Assembly: GCA_964585335.1 (NCBI GenBank)
Contig: CAZPED010000001.1
Location: 1 to 39,019, forward strand
Direction of reading: 5' to 3'
Length of the DNA: 39,019 nucleotides
Source: an uncultured Planctomycetaceae bacterium
GTDB taxonomy: Bacteria; Planctomycetota; Planctomycetia; Pirellulales; PALSA-1355
Shown: positions 9,238-18,709 of the stretch, in pieces
Layout: the number at the start of each line of letters is the position of its first letter
How positions within the stretch are numbered: the stretch's first letter is position 1
Program-made: the position numbers and the translations under genes
Notes under the pieces: model-generated
What the model was told of the DNA's origin: nothing
Database searches by the model: none
Seen by the model: the letters and a program-made list of their open reading frames with translations, nothing else

Positions 9238-12159
9238 TCAGTTTTCACCAGCCAACAGCGACACAGGAAAGTATCGAAACACGTCGCTCAAGTCCAGCGC
9301 GGCGGCGCCCGATGCCAATCGCGTGGTGCTCACGGTTCGCCCCGAGAGCACGTCGCGCCACTGCCGCGGAGCTTCTTCAGGCAAGATTAGCACTGTTTCG
9401 ACCCAGCCGTCGGCCCAAGGGTTCTCGTCTGGCCCTTGGCCGGCGAAATTCTGCCAAGCCGCCGCCAGCAAACGGGGCGCCAGGCACAGAGCCCATTGCG
9501 GCTCGGCCACGCGGGCAAAGGCACACAGTTGAGCGCTACGTGGTCCCTCGGCAAACACCGGCAGGTACTTGCCCTCCAGCACGCTCTGGTGGCTGCGGCG
9601 ATACTGCAGCACCTGCCAGATGGTAAACATCTTGATTCGCGCATCGGGCCAGGCGGCCGCCAGCTCGCTGACCAACTGCCCGCGATTCTCCGCGAACTTC
9701 TGTTTCAGCTCCTCGAGCGCGGCGGCCCGGGCGGCAAAGTCGACGGGCCGGCGATTATCGGGATCAACCAGGTTGAAGTCCCAGAATTCGGTGCCTTGAT
9801 AAAAATCGACAACGCCCGGCGCGCAACACTTGACCAGCAATTGCGACAGGCTGTTGCAAAATCCCGGGCCCACGATCGACCGCACGAACTGGTCGAGATC
9901 CTGCACGAACGGCGACTCGGCATCGGCCAGGATCGTGCGAATGAAATTGGCCACCCCCTCGTCGTACTCCTCATACGGATTGAGCCAACTGGTGTGCAGC
10001 TTGGCTTCGCGCAGCGCCTTGTCGAGATACCGCACGATCCGCTCGACATACTCCGCCCCGCCGACGGCCAGCCCGCCTGCCGGCCAGGTGCCCACCAGCG
10101 TCTGATAAACCAGGTATTCCTCGTTGGCGTCGGGCACGGGTTCGCCATCGAGCTCGACACGCGCCGCGGCATTCATCGCTTGCCAGCGGCCGATGGCCTG
10201 CTGCCACTGCTCGGGAATCTCAGAGAGCACGTTCAGCCGGGCGCGGACGTCCTCGCCGCGCTTGGTGTCGTGAGTTCCCGAGGCCAGCATCGTGTGCGGC
10301 CAGCTCGATGCTTGCTCGACAACGCGGCGATGAAACTGCTCGACCGAGACGCCGGCAATCGTCGGATCGCCCCCCACCTCGTTGAGCGACGCCAAGGGGT
10401 AGTAGCGGTAAAACGACGTGTCCTCAAGCCCCTTGGCCGTTACCGGGCCGGTGAACTGCTGAAACCGCAATACGAATTGCTCGCGCTGCCGGCGGTCGGC
10501 CTCGCTCAACCCGCTGGGTGCTTCCAGCAGCAATACCGAGGCAATAAAGTCGAAGAACGTGGGACTCATGGCCGGGTTGCGCCGCTTGGCAATCCGCACC
10601 GCCTCTTGAATCCGCCGCCGATCGTCCAACCGCACCTCGCCCGTCGAGGGACGGATATAAGTGCGGTAGACCGGGAAGCAGGCTACCACCTCGCGCAAGG
10701 CCCGAAACAGCGAAAACCGGGTGAAATCGCGCGACCAGCGGTCCTGCTCCGAGATCTGATCCAGCAAGTGAGCCAGCACGTACATTTCCGATGAGAGCGA
10801 AGTGGACAAAATCGTTCGCTTGCTCTCGTGCAGCACCTGGGCAAACGAATCCCAGCGGCCAATGAAGCGGGCGTACGCCTCGCGCAGGGCATAGGCTCCC
10901 CGGCGGTCGACAAACACGCCATTAAGCAGGTTGAGAAAGTCATAGCCCGTGGTGCCCTGCACGGGCCAATCGGCTGGCAGGCCCTCGTCGAAGGCCAGGA
11001 TCTTTTCGACGACCGTGTAGAGTGGGCCGTCCGCATCGTCTCCGGCCGAATCGTCGTTGACCGAGCTTCCCCGGCGGGCATTGGCGACCGCTTCGGCCAG
11101 ATTGCTGAGATAGGCTTGCGGATCGCGCAGCCCATCGGCATGGTCGATCCGCAGCGCGGTTACCCAGCCGGCTCCCACGTAGTGCAGGATGGCGGCGTGC
11201 ACGGCATCGAACACTTCGGGATCTTCGACCCGGATGGCGGCCAGCGAGTCGACGTCGAAAAACCGTCGGTAGTTGATCTCGTCGGTGGCGACGCGCCAAT
11301 AACATAGACGATAGGCCTGATCGGCCAAAAAAGCTTCGAGCTTGTCGAAACTGGCCGGAGTTCCCGGCTGCCCGTTGAAGTCGGCCAGTGCCCGTTCGAT
11401 GGCAGCCGCGATCTCGCTGTTCTGTTCGATCAGCGCCGCCAGTCGGCGCCGAGCTACTTCCTTTTCGCGGTAGCGCTGGCCGACCGCATCGCTGTCCGTG
11501 GCGTTGCGGTCGGGCAAGTGCTCCAGCGAACTGATAATGCTTTCCAGCTCCATGCTCTCGTCGGCATCCGGCTCCATCCGGGGCACGAGCAACTCGGCCA
11601 TGTGCCGCAGCAAGGCGACCCAGCTCCGCGGATCGGTGGGAAATGCCCGGTCGTAATAGCGAACGACGAAACGCTGAGCTTCATAGGCCAAGCGCAATTG
11701 TCCTTCGTCGACCACCCGGCCAAACTGATCGCCCAAGACCGGCAATAGCACCTTGCCGCGCAGGGCTTCCTTCGGCGGACTCCAATCAATGTCGAAAAAA
11801 CGGGCATAGATCGACGCCGGCCCATTCTCGAGCACGTCTTGCCACCACAGGTTGTGCGGGTCGGCAATGCCCATGTGATTGGGCACGATGTCAACCATCA
11901 CACCCAATCCCTGCTTGCCCAGCACCAGGGCCATCTGTTGCAAATCGTCTTCGGTGCCCAGCGCCGGGTCGAGCTGCGTCGGATCCACCACGTCGTAGCC
12001 GTGGCCGCTTCCCGCGGAAGCCCGAAAGAATGGCGACAAGTACGCTGACCCAATGCCCAGGTCGGCCAGATAGCCGGCCAGGTCGCGGACTTGCGCAAAG
12101 CTGAGATGGCCGCTCAACTGCAAGCGATAGGTCGCGCTGGGTGCTGAAGCTCGGGCCAT
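9238..12159 (-). CDS. treY: malto-oligosyltrehalose synthase
   Basis: The N-terminus ATYRLQLSGHLSFAQVRDLAGYLADLGIGSAYLSPFFRASAGSGHGYDVVDP is the TreY signature. The protein is 973 aa and lies 57 nt upstream of glgX on the same strand. Confidence 0.85.
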   Translation of the reverse strand: MARASAPSATYRLQLSGHLSFAQVRDLAGYLADLGIGSAYLSPFFRASAGSGHGYDVVDPTQLDPALGTEDDLQQMALVLGKQGLGVMVDIVPNHMGIADPHNLWWQDVLENGPASIYARFFDIDWSPPKEALRGKVLLPVLGDQFGRVVDEGQLRLAYEAQRFVVRYYDRAFPTDPRSWVALLRHMAELLVPRMEPDADESMELESIISSLEHLPDRNATDSDAVGQRYREKEVARRRLAALIEQNSEIAAAIERALADFNGQPGTPASFDKLEAFLADQAYRLCYWRVATDEINYRRFFDVDSLAAIRVEDPEVFDAVHAAILHYVGAGWVTALRIDHADGLRDPQAYLSNLAEAVANARRGSSVNDDSAGDDADGPLYTVVEKILAFDEGLPADWPVQGTTGYDFLNLLNGVFVDRRGAYALREAYARFIGRWDSFAQVLHESKRTILSTSLSSEMYVLAHLLDQISEQDRWSRDFTRFSLFRALREVVACFPVYRTYIRPSTGEVRLDDRRRIQEAVRIAKRRNPAMSPTFFDFIASVLLLEAPSGLSEADRRQREQFVLRFQQFTGPVTAKGLEDTSFYRYYPLASLNEVGGDPTIAGVSVEQFHRRVVEQASSWPHTMLASGTHDTKRGEDVRARLNVLSEIPEQWQQAIGRWQAMNAAARVELDGEPVPDANEEYLVYQTLVGTWPAGGLAVGGAEYVERIVRYLDKALREAKLHTSWLNPYEEYDEGVANFIRTILADAESPFVQDLDQFVRSIVGPGFCNSLSQLLVKCCAPGVVDFYQGTEFWDFNLVDPDNRRPVDFAARAAALEELKQKFAENRGQLVSELAAAWPDARIKMFTIWQVLQYRRSHQSVLEGKYLPVFAEGPRSAQLCAFARVAEPQWALCLAPRLLAAAWQNFAGQGPDENPWADGWVETVLILPEEAPRQWRDVLSGRTVSTTRLASGAAALDLSDVFRYFPVSLLAGEN

Positions 12160-12298
12160 ACGCGTTTAATCCCTGTGGTGTCCCGCGCGCTGGCTCACAA
12201 TCGACCATCATGGTCGGCATGCAACCAATGCGATCATCATACTGCCTGCGTCGGCCCTGGCAAAACTCGCAAGTTGGGCCAATCGACCACAGACCGAT

Positions 12299-12314
12299 TG
12301 CAGGTCGCGTGCCA
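12299..12314 (-). promoter_or_regulatory. candidate sigma-54 promoter (minus strand reads TGGCACGCGACCTGCA)
   Basis: The plus-strand text TGCAGGTCGCGTGCCA gives exact TGGCACG at -24 and CTGCA at -12 with GG-N10-GC spacing. The box lies about 140 nt upstream of the treY ATG (12159). Confidence 0.5.
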
Positions 12315-12337
12315 CGCGGCGCGACATGGCTTCTGCG

Positions 12338-12353
12338 CGGCGCGGTTCTTGCA
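12338..12353 (+). promoter_or_regulatory. candidate sigma-54 promoter, CGGCGCGGTTCTTGCA
   Basis: GG at 12339-12340 and GC at 12351-12352 are 10 nt apart, and the -12 element is exact TTGCA. The box lies 50 nt upstream of the ATG at 12404. It is very similar to the box at 269-284. Confidence 0.5.
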
Positions 12354-12403
12354 GCACCCGGCCATTGAGCAGTTAGTTCGCAAAGCCCCCTTTCGATCAT
12401 GTC

Positions 12404-14275
12404 ATGCAGCGCACCACGGGCCGGCGATATCCAATTGGGGCGGAACTGGTCGCAGGCGGTGCACACTTTCGCGTCTGGGCTCCCGACCACGAGCGGGTCG
12501 ATCTGATTTCCGACGCTGGACGGTTGCAACTCGAGCGGCAGGCGGATGGTTATTTCTCGGGGGCGGCCCCGCTGACTGCCGGAGCCGATTACCAGTTTTG
12601 CCTCGACCGCCACGATCAACCATGGCCCGACCCCGCCTCGCGCTTTCAGCCGCAGGGGCCACTGGGCCCCTCGCGACTAGTCGATGGGAGCCGATTTGAC
12701 TGGCGCGACGACCAATGGCGGGGCCTGGGCCCGCACGACCAGGTGCTCTACGAGCTGCACGTGGGCACCTTTACTCGAGAAGGCACCTGGGCCGCCGCGG
12801 CAAAGCAGCTGGCCGGGCTGGCAGAGCTGGGCATCACGGCGCTCGAAATCATGCCGATCGCCGAGTTTCATGGCCGGTTTGGTTGGAGCTACGACGGCGT
12901 TAACCTGTTTGCGCCCAGCCGGCTGTATGGCGCTCCGGACGACCTGCGGCGGTTTGTCGATCAGGCCCATCAACTGGGCATCGGCGTACTACTCGACGTC
13001 GTTTACAACCATTTCAGTCGCCTTGGCGAACGAGTGCTCACGGCATTCTCACGGCATTATCTTTCCGAGCGACACAAGAGCGAATGGGGCGGAGCACCCA
13101 ATTTCGACGCCGCACGGTCAGCGGGCGTCCGCGAGTTCTTCCTGGCCAACGTGGCCTACTGGATCGAGGAGCTCCACTTCGACGGACTGCGAATCGACGC
13201 CACGCAGTCGTTTGCCGATAAGTCGGCCTCGCATATTCTGACCGAACTCTGCCAGACCGCTCGGCGCGCGGCCGGAGCCCGTAGCGTGCTGCTCGTGGGC
13301 GAAAACGAACCGCAACGAGCCGAGCTGCTATGGCCGGCCGATCAGGGCGGCTGTGGGTTTGACGCGCTCTGGAACGACGATTTTCATCACAGCGCCCTGG
13401 TGCGGCTGACGGGCCGCCGCGAGGCCTATTACACCGACTACACGGGTTCGGCCCAGGAGCTGTTGGCCGCCGTGCAATGGGGCTATCTCTACCAGGGGCA
13501 ACGTTACTCCTGGCAGCACAACCCGCGCGGCACACCGGCGATCGACCTCCCCGCCCACCAGTTCGTCAACTTCCTCGAAAACCACGATCAGCTAGCCAAT
13601 TCGCTCACGGGCCAGCGAGTTCACCAGCGGACCAGCCCTGGCCGCTATCGCGCCCTGACCGCCTTGTGGCTTTTGGCGCCGCAAACCCCTCTGTTGTTCC
13701 AGGGCCAGGAGTTCGGCGCCTCGACGCCCTTCCTATACTTCAACGATGCGCCCGCCGACGAAGCCGCGGCGGTGCTTGCCGGGCGGGCACAGTTCATGTC
13801 CCAATTTCGATCCGTGGCGACCGCGACCATGCAAGCCCGTTTACCCAATCCGTGCGACCAGCAGACGTTTGCCTGCTGCCAACTCGACCCGCGGGAGCGT
13901 GACGCGAGGGGGCCGATCTACTTGCTGCATCGCGACTTGCTCCGCTTGCGGCGCGACGACCCCGTGATCGGCCAGCGCGGATCAACCGTGGTCGAAGGCG
14001 GCCAACTGTCCGACGACGCGCTGCTGATTCGCTTTCTGGCCCCCCACGACACGCGGTTGTTGATGGTCAACTTCGCCGCGGAGCTACGGCGCGCTTCCAT
14101 CGCGCATCCGCTTGTCGCGCCGCCGCGCGGTTGCCAATGGCAAACACTTTGGTCTAGCGACGACCCACGTTACGCCGGCCCCGGCAGCGCCGCGCTCTGC
14201 CAGGCCGACGGCTGGGTCGTACCTGGAGAATCGGCCACGCTGCTGGCACCAGTTTCCGAAGAGCATCAGCCATGA
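12404..14275 (+). CDS. treZ: second TreZ-like GH13 glucanohydrolase (paralog of 1621-3504)
   Basis: Colinear with the first TreZ, at roughly half identical residues by eye. Shares RRYPIGAE, PDPASRFQPQGPLGPSRLVD, LYELHVGTFTREGTW, DVVYNH, GENE and ENHDQ. Region II reads GLRIDATQS rather than GLRLDAVHA. Confidence 0.7.
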   Translation: MQRTTGRRYPIGAELVAGGAHFRVWAPDHERVDLISDAGRLQLERQADGYFSGAAPLTAGADYQFCLDRHDQPWPDPASRFQPQGPLGPSRLVDGSRFDWRDDQWRGLGPHDQVLYELHVGTFTREGTWAAAAKQLAGLAELGITALEIMPIAEFHGRFGWSYDGVNLFAPSRLYGAPDDLRRFVDQAHQLGIGVLLDVVYNHFSRLGERVLTAFSRHYLSERHKSEWGGAPNFDAARSAGVREFFLANVAYWIEELHFDGLRIDATQSFADKSASHILTELCQTARRAAGARSVLLVGENEPQRAELLWPADQGGCGFDALWNDDFHHSALVRLTGRREAYYTDYTGSAQELLAAVQWGYLYQGQRYSWQHNPRGTPAIDLPAHQFVNFLENHDQLANSLTGQRVHQRTSPGRYRALTALWLLAPQTPLLFQGQEFGASTPFLYFNDAPADEAAAVLAGRAQFMSQFRSVATATMQARLPNPCDQQTFACCQLDPRERDARGPIYLLHRDLLRLRRDDPVIGQRGSTVVEGGQLSDDALLIRFLAPHDTRLLMVNFAAELRRASIAHPLVAPPRGCQWQTLWSSDDPRYAGPGSAALCQADGWVVPGESATLLAPVSEEHQP

Positions 14276-16302
14276 TCCCGGTAGTTCTGCGCCGCCGCCC
14301 AGCGCCCCCCGACTCGCACGATCCCCAGCAATTGGTCGAGCACGAATGGCTGGTAACCAACGGCTTGGGCGGTTATGCCTCGGGCACTCTATCGGGCATC
14401 AGCACGCGGCGCTACCACGGGCTGTTGATCGCCGCGCTACCGGCGCCGCTGGGCCGGACGATGATGTTCAATCACTTGATCGAACAGGTGCGGCTGCCCG
14501 ACAACCGGGTGATTTCACTGGCCGGCGAGGCGGCCCAAAACGAAGTTGACGGCGAAGCCCGGCGGCTGTCGAGCTTCGAACTGCAGGACGGCTTGCCCGT
14601 GTGGCGTTACCACGCCGGCGGCTGCGTGTTGGAAAAGCGACTTTGGATGCAGTATCGAGCCAACACGGTGATCATCAGCTACCGGATGTTGCAAGCCCCG
14701 CAGCCTGTCGTGTTGCGGTTGCGCGCCGGCCTGCACTTTCGGCCGCACGAGGCCGGGGTGGGCCAGGCTCTGACCACACCCTACCGCGTGCACGCGGCGG
14801 GCAACTGTTTTGAGGTGACAGCCGCAGACTTGCCGCCGCTGCGGCTGCAAGTCTGCGAACATCCCGGGGCCCTCGTGCTCGACGGCGGCAAGTTCTACGA
14901 GGTCGAGTATCCGCTGGAGCGCGATCGCGGCTACGCGTTTCGCGACGTGCTCTGGTCACCCGGCTATTTTCGCGCGGAGCTGACCGAGAACGAACAGGTG
15001 GCGCTCCTGGCATCCACCGAGCCGTGGGAAGCAATCGGCGCGGTTTCGCCGGCCGAATCGCTGCCGACTGAACTGCAGCGGCGCCAGCGGCTGATCGAGC
15101 AGGCGCTGCCAGCTGCGCGCAACGGCGTGGGGGCCGAGCTGGTGTTGGCCGCCGACCAGTTCATCATCACCCCCACGACGCGCACGACCGACGCGGCGCT
15201 GGCCCACGCAGGCGGCGACGAGCTGCGCTCCGTGATCGCCGGCTATCATTGGTTTACCGATTGGGGCCGCGACACGATGATCAGCCTGGAGGGGCTGACG
15301 CTGACCACGGGCCGGCTCGCCCAGGCCGGCTATATTCTGCGCACGTTTGCCCACTACGTGCGCGACGGCCTGATTCCCAACCTGTTTCCCGAAGGGGAGC
15401 AGCAGGGCTTGTACCACACGGCCGACGCCACGTTGTGGTTCTTTCACGCGCTCGATCGCTACGTGCGTGCCTCGGACGACCGCAACACGCTACGGATGCT
15501 GCTACCCACGCTGCGCGACATCGTGGCCCATCATTTGCGCGGAACGCGTTTTGGCATCGGCGTCGATCCACACGACGGCCTGCTGCGGCAGGGGCAAGCG
15601 GGCTACCAACTTACCTGGATGGACGCCAAGGTAGGCGACTGGGTCGTCACGCCGCGGCGCGGCAAGGCCGTGGAAATCAACGCGCTTTGGTACAACGCAT
15701 TGCGGCTGCTGGCGGACTGGCTGCAACAAGAAGACGAACCGGCCGCTGCTCACGAGCTGGCCCAACACGCCAACCGCGCCTGCGAGTCGTTCAACCGCCG
15801 CTTCTGGTCGGCCGAACACGGCTGGCTGTACGACGTTGTCGACGGCGAAAGTCGCGACGACAGCTCGCTGCGGCCCAACCAACTGCTGGCCATCTCGCTG
15901 GCGCACCCAATTCTCGATCCGGCACGTTGGCAAGCCGTTGTCGACGTGGTCGAGCGGCAGTTGCTCACGCCGCTGGGGCTGCGCTCGCTCGGACCACGCG
16001 AGCCTGACTATAAGCCGCAGTATGACGGCGATCTGCGCTCGCGCGACGCCGCCTACCATCAAGGCACGGTTTGGGCCTGGCTCATTGGCCCTTTCCTCGA
16101 CGCCTGGCTCAAGGTCTATCCGAATGATCAAGAGCGAGCGAGGGCGCACCTGGCGGCCTTTCCCGATCACTTGAGCGAGGCCTGCATCGGCTCGATCAGC
16201 GAGATCTTCGACGCCCAGCCGCCCTACTGCCCGCGCGGCTGCATTGCGCAAGCCTGGAGCGTGGCGGAGGTGCTCCGGCAATGGGCGCGGCTGCACGGTT
16301 AG
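14272..16302 (+). CDS. amylo-alpha-1,6-glucosidase / glycogen debranching enzyme family protein (GDE_N + GDE_C, GH133-like)
   Basis: The N-terminus EWLVTNGLGGYASGTLSGISTRRYHGLL, plus AGYHWFTDWGRDTMISL and a C-terminal (alpha/alpha)6-type region ending AQAWSVAEVLR. The ATG overlaps the upstream TGA as ATGA. Confidence 0.8.
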   Translation: MIPVVLRRRPAPPDSHDPQQLVEHEWLVTNGLGGYASGTLSGISTRRYHGLLIAALPAPLGRTMMFNHLIEQVRLPDNRVISLAGEAAQNEVDGEARRLSSFELQDGLPVWRYHAGGCVLEKRLWMQYRANTVIISYRMLQAPQPVVLRLRAGLHFRPHEAGVGQALTTPYRVHAAGNCFEVTAADLPPLRLQVCEHPGALVLDGGKFYEVEYPLERDRGYAFRDVLWSPGYFRAELTENEQVALLASTEPWEAIGAVSPAESLPTELQRRQRLIEQALPAARNGVGAELVLAADQFIITPTTRTTDAALAHAGGDELRSVIAGYHWFTDWGRDTMISLEGLTLTTGRLAQAGYILRTFAHYVRDGLIPNLFPEGEQQGLYHTADATLWFFHALDRYVRASDDRNTLRMLLPTLRDIVAHHLRGTRFGIGVDPHDGLLRQGQAGYQLTWMDAKVGDWVVTPRRGKAVEINALWYNALRLLADWLQQEDEPAAAHELAQHANRACESFNRRFWSAEHGWLYDVVDGESRDDSSLRPNQLLAISLAHPILDPARWQAVVDVVERQLLTPLGLRSLGPREPDYKPQYDGDLRSRDAAYHQGTVWAWLIGPFLDAWLKVYPNDQERARAHLAAFPDHLSEACIGSISEIFDAQPPYCPRGCIAQAWSVAEVLRQWARLHG

Positions 16303-16557
16303 AACCGTCGGTTTTCATTGACCGCGCCGATTCTCTGCGTGGCTTCTTCAGAACCATCGGCGGGGGACCGGCGCGGATCGACTCGCGCTGAGGTCCTCCA
16401 CGCCGATGGATGGTTTCTTGCGATCGGCAATCGAACCTGGCGTCGAGTGGCACAGCAAACAGGATGCCAAGTGCCATGCAAACGGCGGACGCGTTTTCTG
16501 CCTGGCAGTGAGCTAGCCGCGCGCATACGGGCGTGAGAGGCCACAGGCATGCGAGGG

Positions 16558-16573
16558 CGGCACGTGATGTGCA
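16558..16573 (+). promoter_or_regulatory. candidate sigma-54 promoter, CGGCACGTGATGTGCA
   Basis: GGCACG is exact. GG (16559-16560) and GC (16571-16572) are 10 nt apart. The box lies 51 nt upstream of the ATG at 16624. It sits inside the 5' extension of the track ORF that starts at 16549. Confidence 0.45.
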
Positions 16574-16623
16574 TCGCCTCTGCAACCATCCCCATTCGCA
16601 CCTCTGTGGCAGGAACCACCGTG

Positions 16624-18156
16624 ATGAAAACGCATGCGCGCGCCTCGACCGAATCGGTCTGGACTTCACAAGCCGTTCCCACTTACGCACCTCTTGGCGA
16701 CGACGTGAACGTCGACGTCTGCGTGGTAGGCGCCGGCATTGCCGGGCTCACCACCGCATATCTCCTGGCCCTGGCTGGCCAGCAAGTGGCCGTGATCGAC
16801 GACGGCGCGGTCGGTTCCGGCCAAACCTCGCGCACCAGCGCGCACCTGGCCAGCGCGATCGACGATCGGTTCGTGGAAATCGAACGGCTCCATGGTCGTC
16901 AGGGTGCCCGGCTGGCCGCCGAAAGCCACGCCATGGCAATCGACCGCATGGAAACCATTTGCCAGCGTGAGGCGATCGATTGCGAATTTCGCCGCGTTGA
17001 TGGGTTTCTGTTCGCCGGCTCCGACCAAGACACCGAGTTGCTCGACCGCGAGCTTAAGGCGGCGCTCGCCACGGGCGTGCTCGAAGTCGAGCGGCTCGAA
17101 CAAATCCCCGGCGTAACCTTTCCGAGCGGCCGCTGCCTGCGGTTTGGCCGCCAGGCGCAGTTTCATCCGCTCAAATACCTTTCCGGGCTTAGCCAGGCGA
17201 TCGTTCGCCAAGGCGGGGCGATCTACTGCCAAACCCGCGCGGCGTCGATCGAAAGCGCCAAGCCGGCCAAAGTTACGACCCGCGGCGGTCCGACCGTCAC
17301 TGCCCAGCACGTCGTCGTGGCGACAAACACGCCAGTCAACGACTTGCTGGCCATTCACTCCAAGCAGGCCTCTTACACCAGCTATGTGATCGGGGCCAGC
17401 ATTCCCTCTGGCAGCGTGCCCGCCGCGCTCTACTGGGATACGGAAGATCCCTATCACTACGTGCGCGTGGAGCCGGGTGGAGCCGAGGGCGGCGCCGGCT
17501 TGCTGTTCGGCGGTGGCGTGGATCATAAGAGGGGTCAGGCCCAGGATTGCCTTCAGCGATTCGGCCGGCTGGAAGTCTGGGCCCGCGCTCGCTTCCCCTG
17601 GCTGAAAGCCGTCGAGTACAGCTGGAACGGCCAGGTCATGGAGACGCTCGACGGGTTGGCATTCATCGGACGCAATCCGCTCGACCAGGGCAACTGCTAC
17701 GTGGCCACGGGCGATTCAGGCATGGGCCTGACCCACGGCACGATCGCCGGCATCATTATCACCGATCTGATTCTCGAGCGCGAAAACCGCTGGGCTCGAC
17801 TGTACGATCCGGCCCGTAAGCCGCTGGGAGCTTTGGGGCGCTTCGCGGTGGAGAACGCCAACGTGATGGCGCAATATGGCGCCTGGTTGTCGCCCGGCGA
17901 AGTCGACTCGGAAGAAGCAATCGCGCCGGGCAGCGGCGCGGTGTTGCGACAGGGATTAACCAAGCTGGCCATCTATCGAGACGATGACGGTCAATTGACC
18001 AGACTGTCGGCCGTGTGCCCACATTTGAAGTGCATCGTAACGTGGAATCCGGCTGGTCGAACCTGGGATTGTCCTTGCCACGGCTCGGCATTCGATTGCC
18101 ACGGCAAAGTGATCAATGGCCCCTCGGCCGCCGACCTGCCCCCCGCCGACCAATAG
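16624..18156 (+). CDS. FAD-dependent oxidoreductase (DAO family) fused to a C-terminal Rieske [2Fe-2S] domain
   Basis: The dinucleotide-binding motif is VCVVGAGIAGLTTAY. The Rieske motifs are CPHLKC...CPCHGSAF. I prefer the start at 16624 (MKTHA) over the track start at 16549 because of the promoter-like box at 16558-16573. Confidence 0.8.
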   Translation: MKTHARASTESVWTSQAVPTYAPLGDDVNVDVCVVGAGIAGLTTAYLLALAGQQVAVIDDGAVGSGQTSRTSAHLASAIDDRFVEIERLHGRQGARLAAESHAMAIDRMETICQREAIDCEFRRVDGFLFAGSDQDTELLDRELKAALATGVLEVERLEQIPGVTFPSGRCLRFGRQAQFHPLKYLSGLSQAIVRQGGAIYCQTRAASIESAKPAKVTTRGGPTVTAQHVVVATNTPVNDLLAIHSKQASYTSYVIGASIPSGSVPAALYWDTEDPYHYVRVEPGGAEGGAGLLFGGGVDHKRGQAQDCLQRFGRLEVWARARFPWLKAVEYSWNGQVMETLDGLAFIGRNPLDQGNCYVATGDSGMGLTHGTIAGIIITDLILERENRWARLYDPARKPLGALGRFAVENANVMAQYGAWLSPGEVDSEEAIAPGSGAVLRQGLTKLAIYRDDDGQLTRLSAVCPHLKCIVTWNPAGRTWDCPCHGSAFDCHGKVINGPSAADLPPADQ

Positions 18157-18201
18157 CTGCCCAGTGGCCATTCAGGATTTGAGCTCTGCTGGGGGCGTGC
18201 C

Positions 18202-18603
18202 TTACTCTTTCGCGGCCGAAGTCAAGTCGGCCAAAATCTTAAGCAACTGCTGCAGGTCGGCCGGCTTGACAAGGTAATCGTGAAAGCCCGCGTCCTTGGC
18301 CAGTTGCCGATGATCGGGGTCGTCGTGCCCCGTGATGGCGATGCAGCGCGGGGAACGTTGGCCCGCTTCGCTACGAATGATGCGGACGAGCTCGAAACCG
18401 CTGGTGGCCCCGGGGAGCGCCAGGTCCGAGATCACGGCGTCGGGCTTGAACCGTCGCGCCAGATCGAGCGCCGTGTCCCCCTCGTCGGCCGTTTCTACCT
18501 CGTAACCCACACGCGTGAGCAGCGTCCGCAAAATGACCGTAATGTCGCGGCGATCGTCGACGACGAGTACGCGCAGGCCGGGGGCCGCGGGTATTGCATT
18601 CAT
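18202..18603 (-). CDS. single-domain response regulator (CheY-like receiver)
   Basis: Carries RVLVVDD, PDAVISDLALPG, IAITGH and LVKP, which form the canonical Asp pocket, Thr and Lys. There is no output domain. ATG is at 18603, and the track uses an upstream GTG at 18624. Confidence 0.85.
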   Translation of the reverse strand: MNAIPAAPGLRVLVVDDRRDITVILRTLLTRVGYEVETADEGDTALDLARRFKPDAVISDLALPGATSGFELVRIIRSEAGQRSPRCIAITGHDDPDHRQLAKDAGFHDYLVKPADLQQLLKILADLTSAAKE

Positions 18604-18709
18604 GGGGCGCTCAACTGCGGGCACGGGTTTGCCATTGCAATCAGCGCATCATCTCATGGCCGCGTGGCTGAAACAAGCCAATTTGACTGGCGACCGCTGC
18701 TCTTCCCTA

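Noticed and set aside
16303-16322. AACC-GTC-GGTT followed by TTCATTG after the GH133 stop, as a terminator
   Set aside because: A 4-bp stem with a 3-nt loop is too weak to support.
16549-16623. Track-predicted 5' extension of the FAD/Rieske ORF
   Set aside because: The extension contains the sigma-54-like box and encodes a peptide untypical of DAO-family N-termini. I prefer the ATG at 16624.
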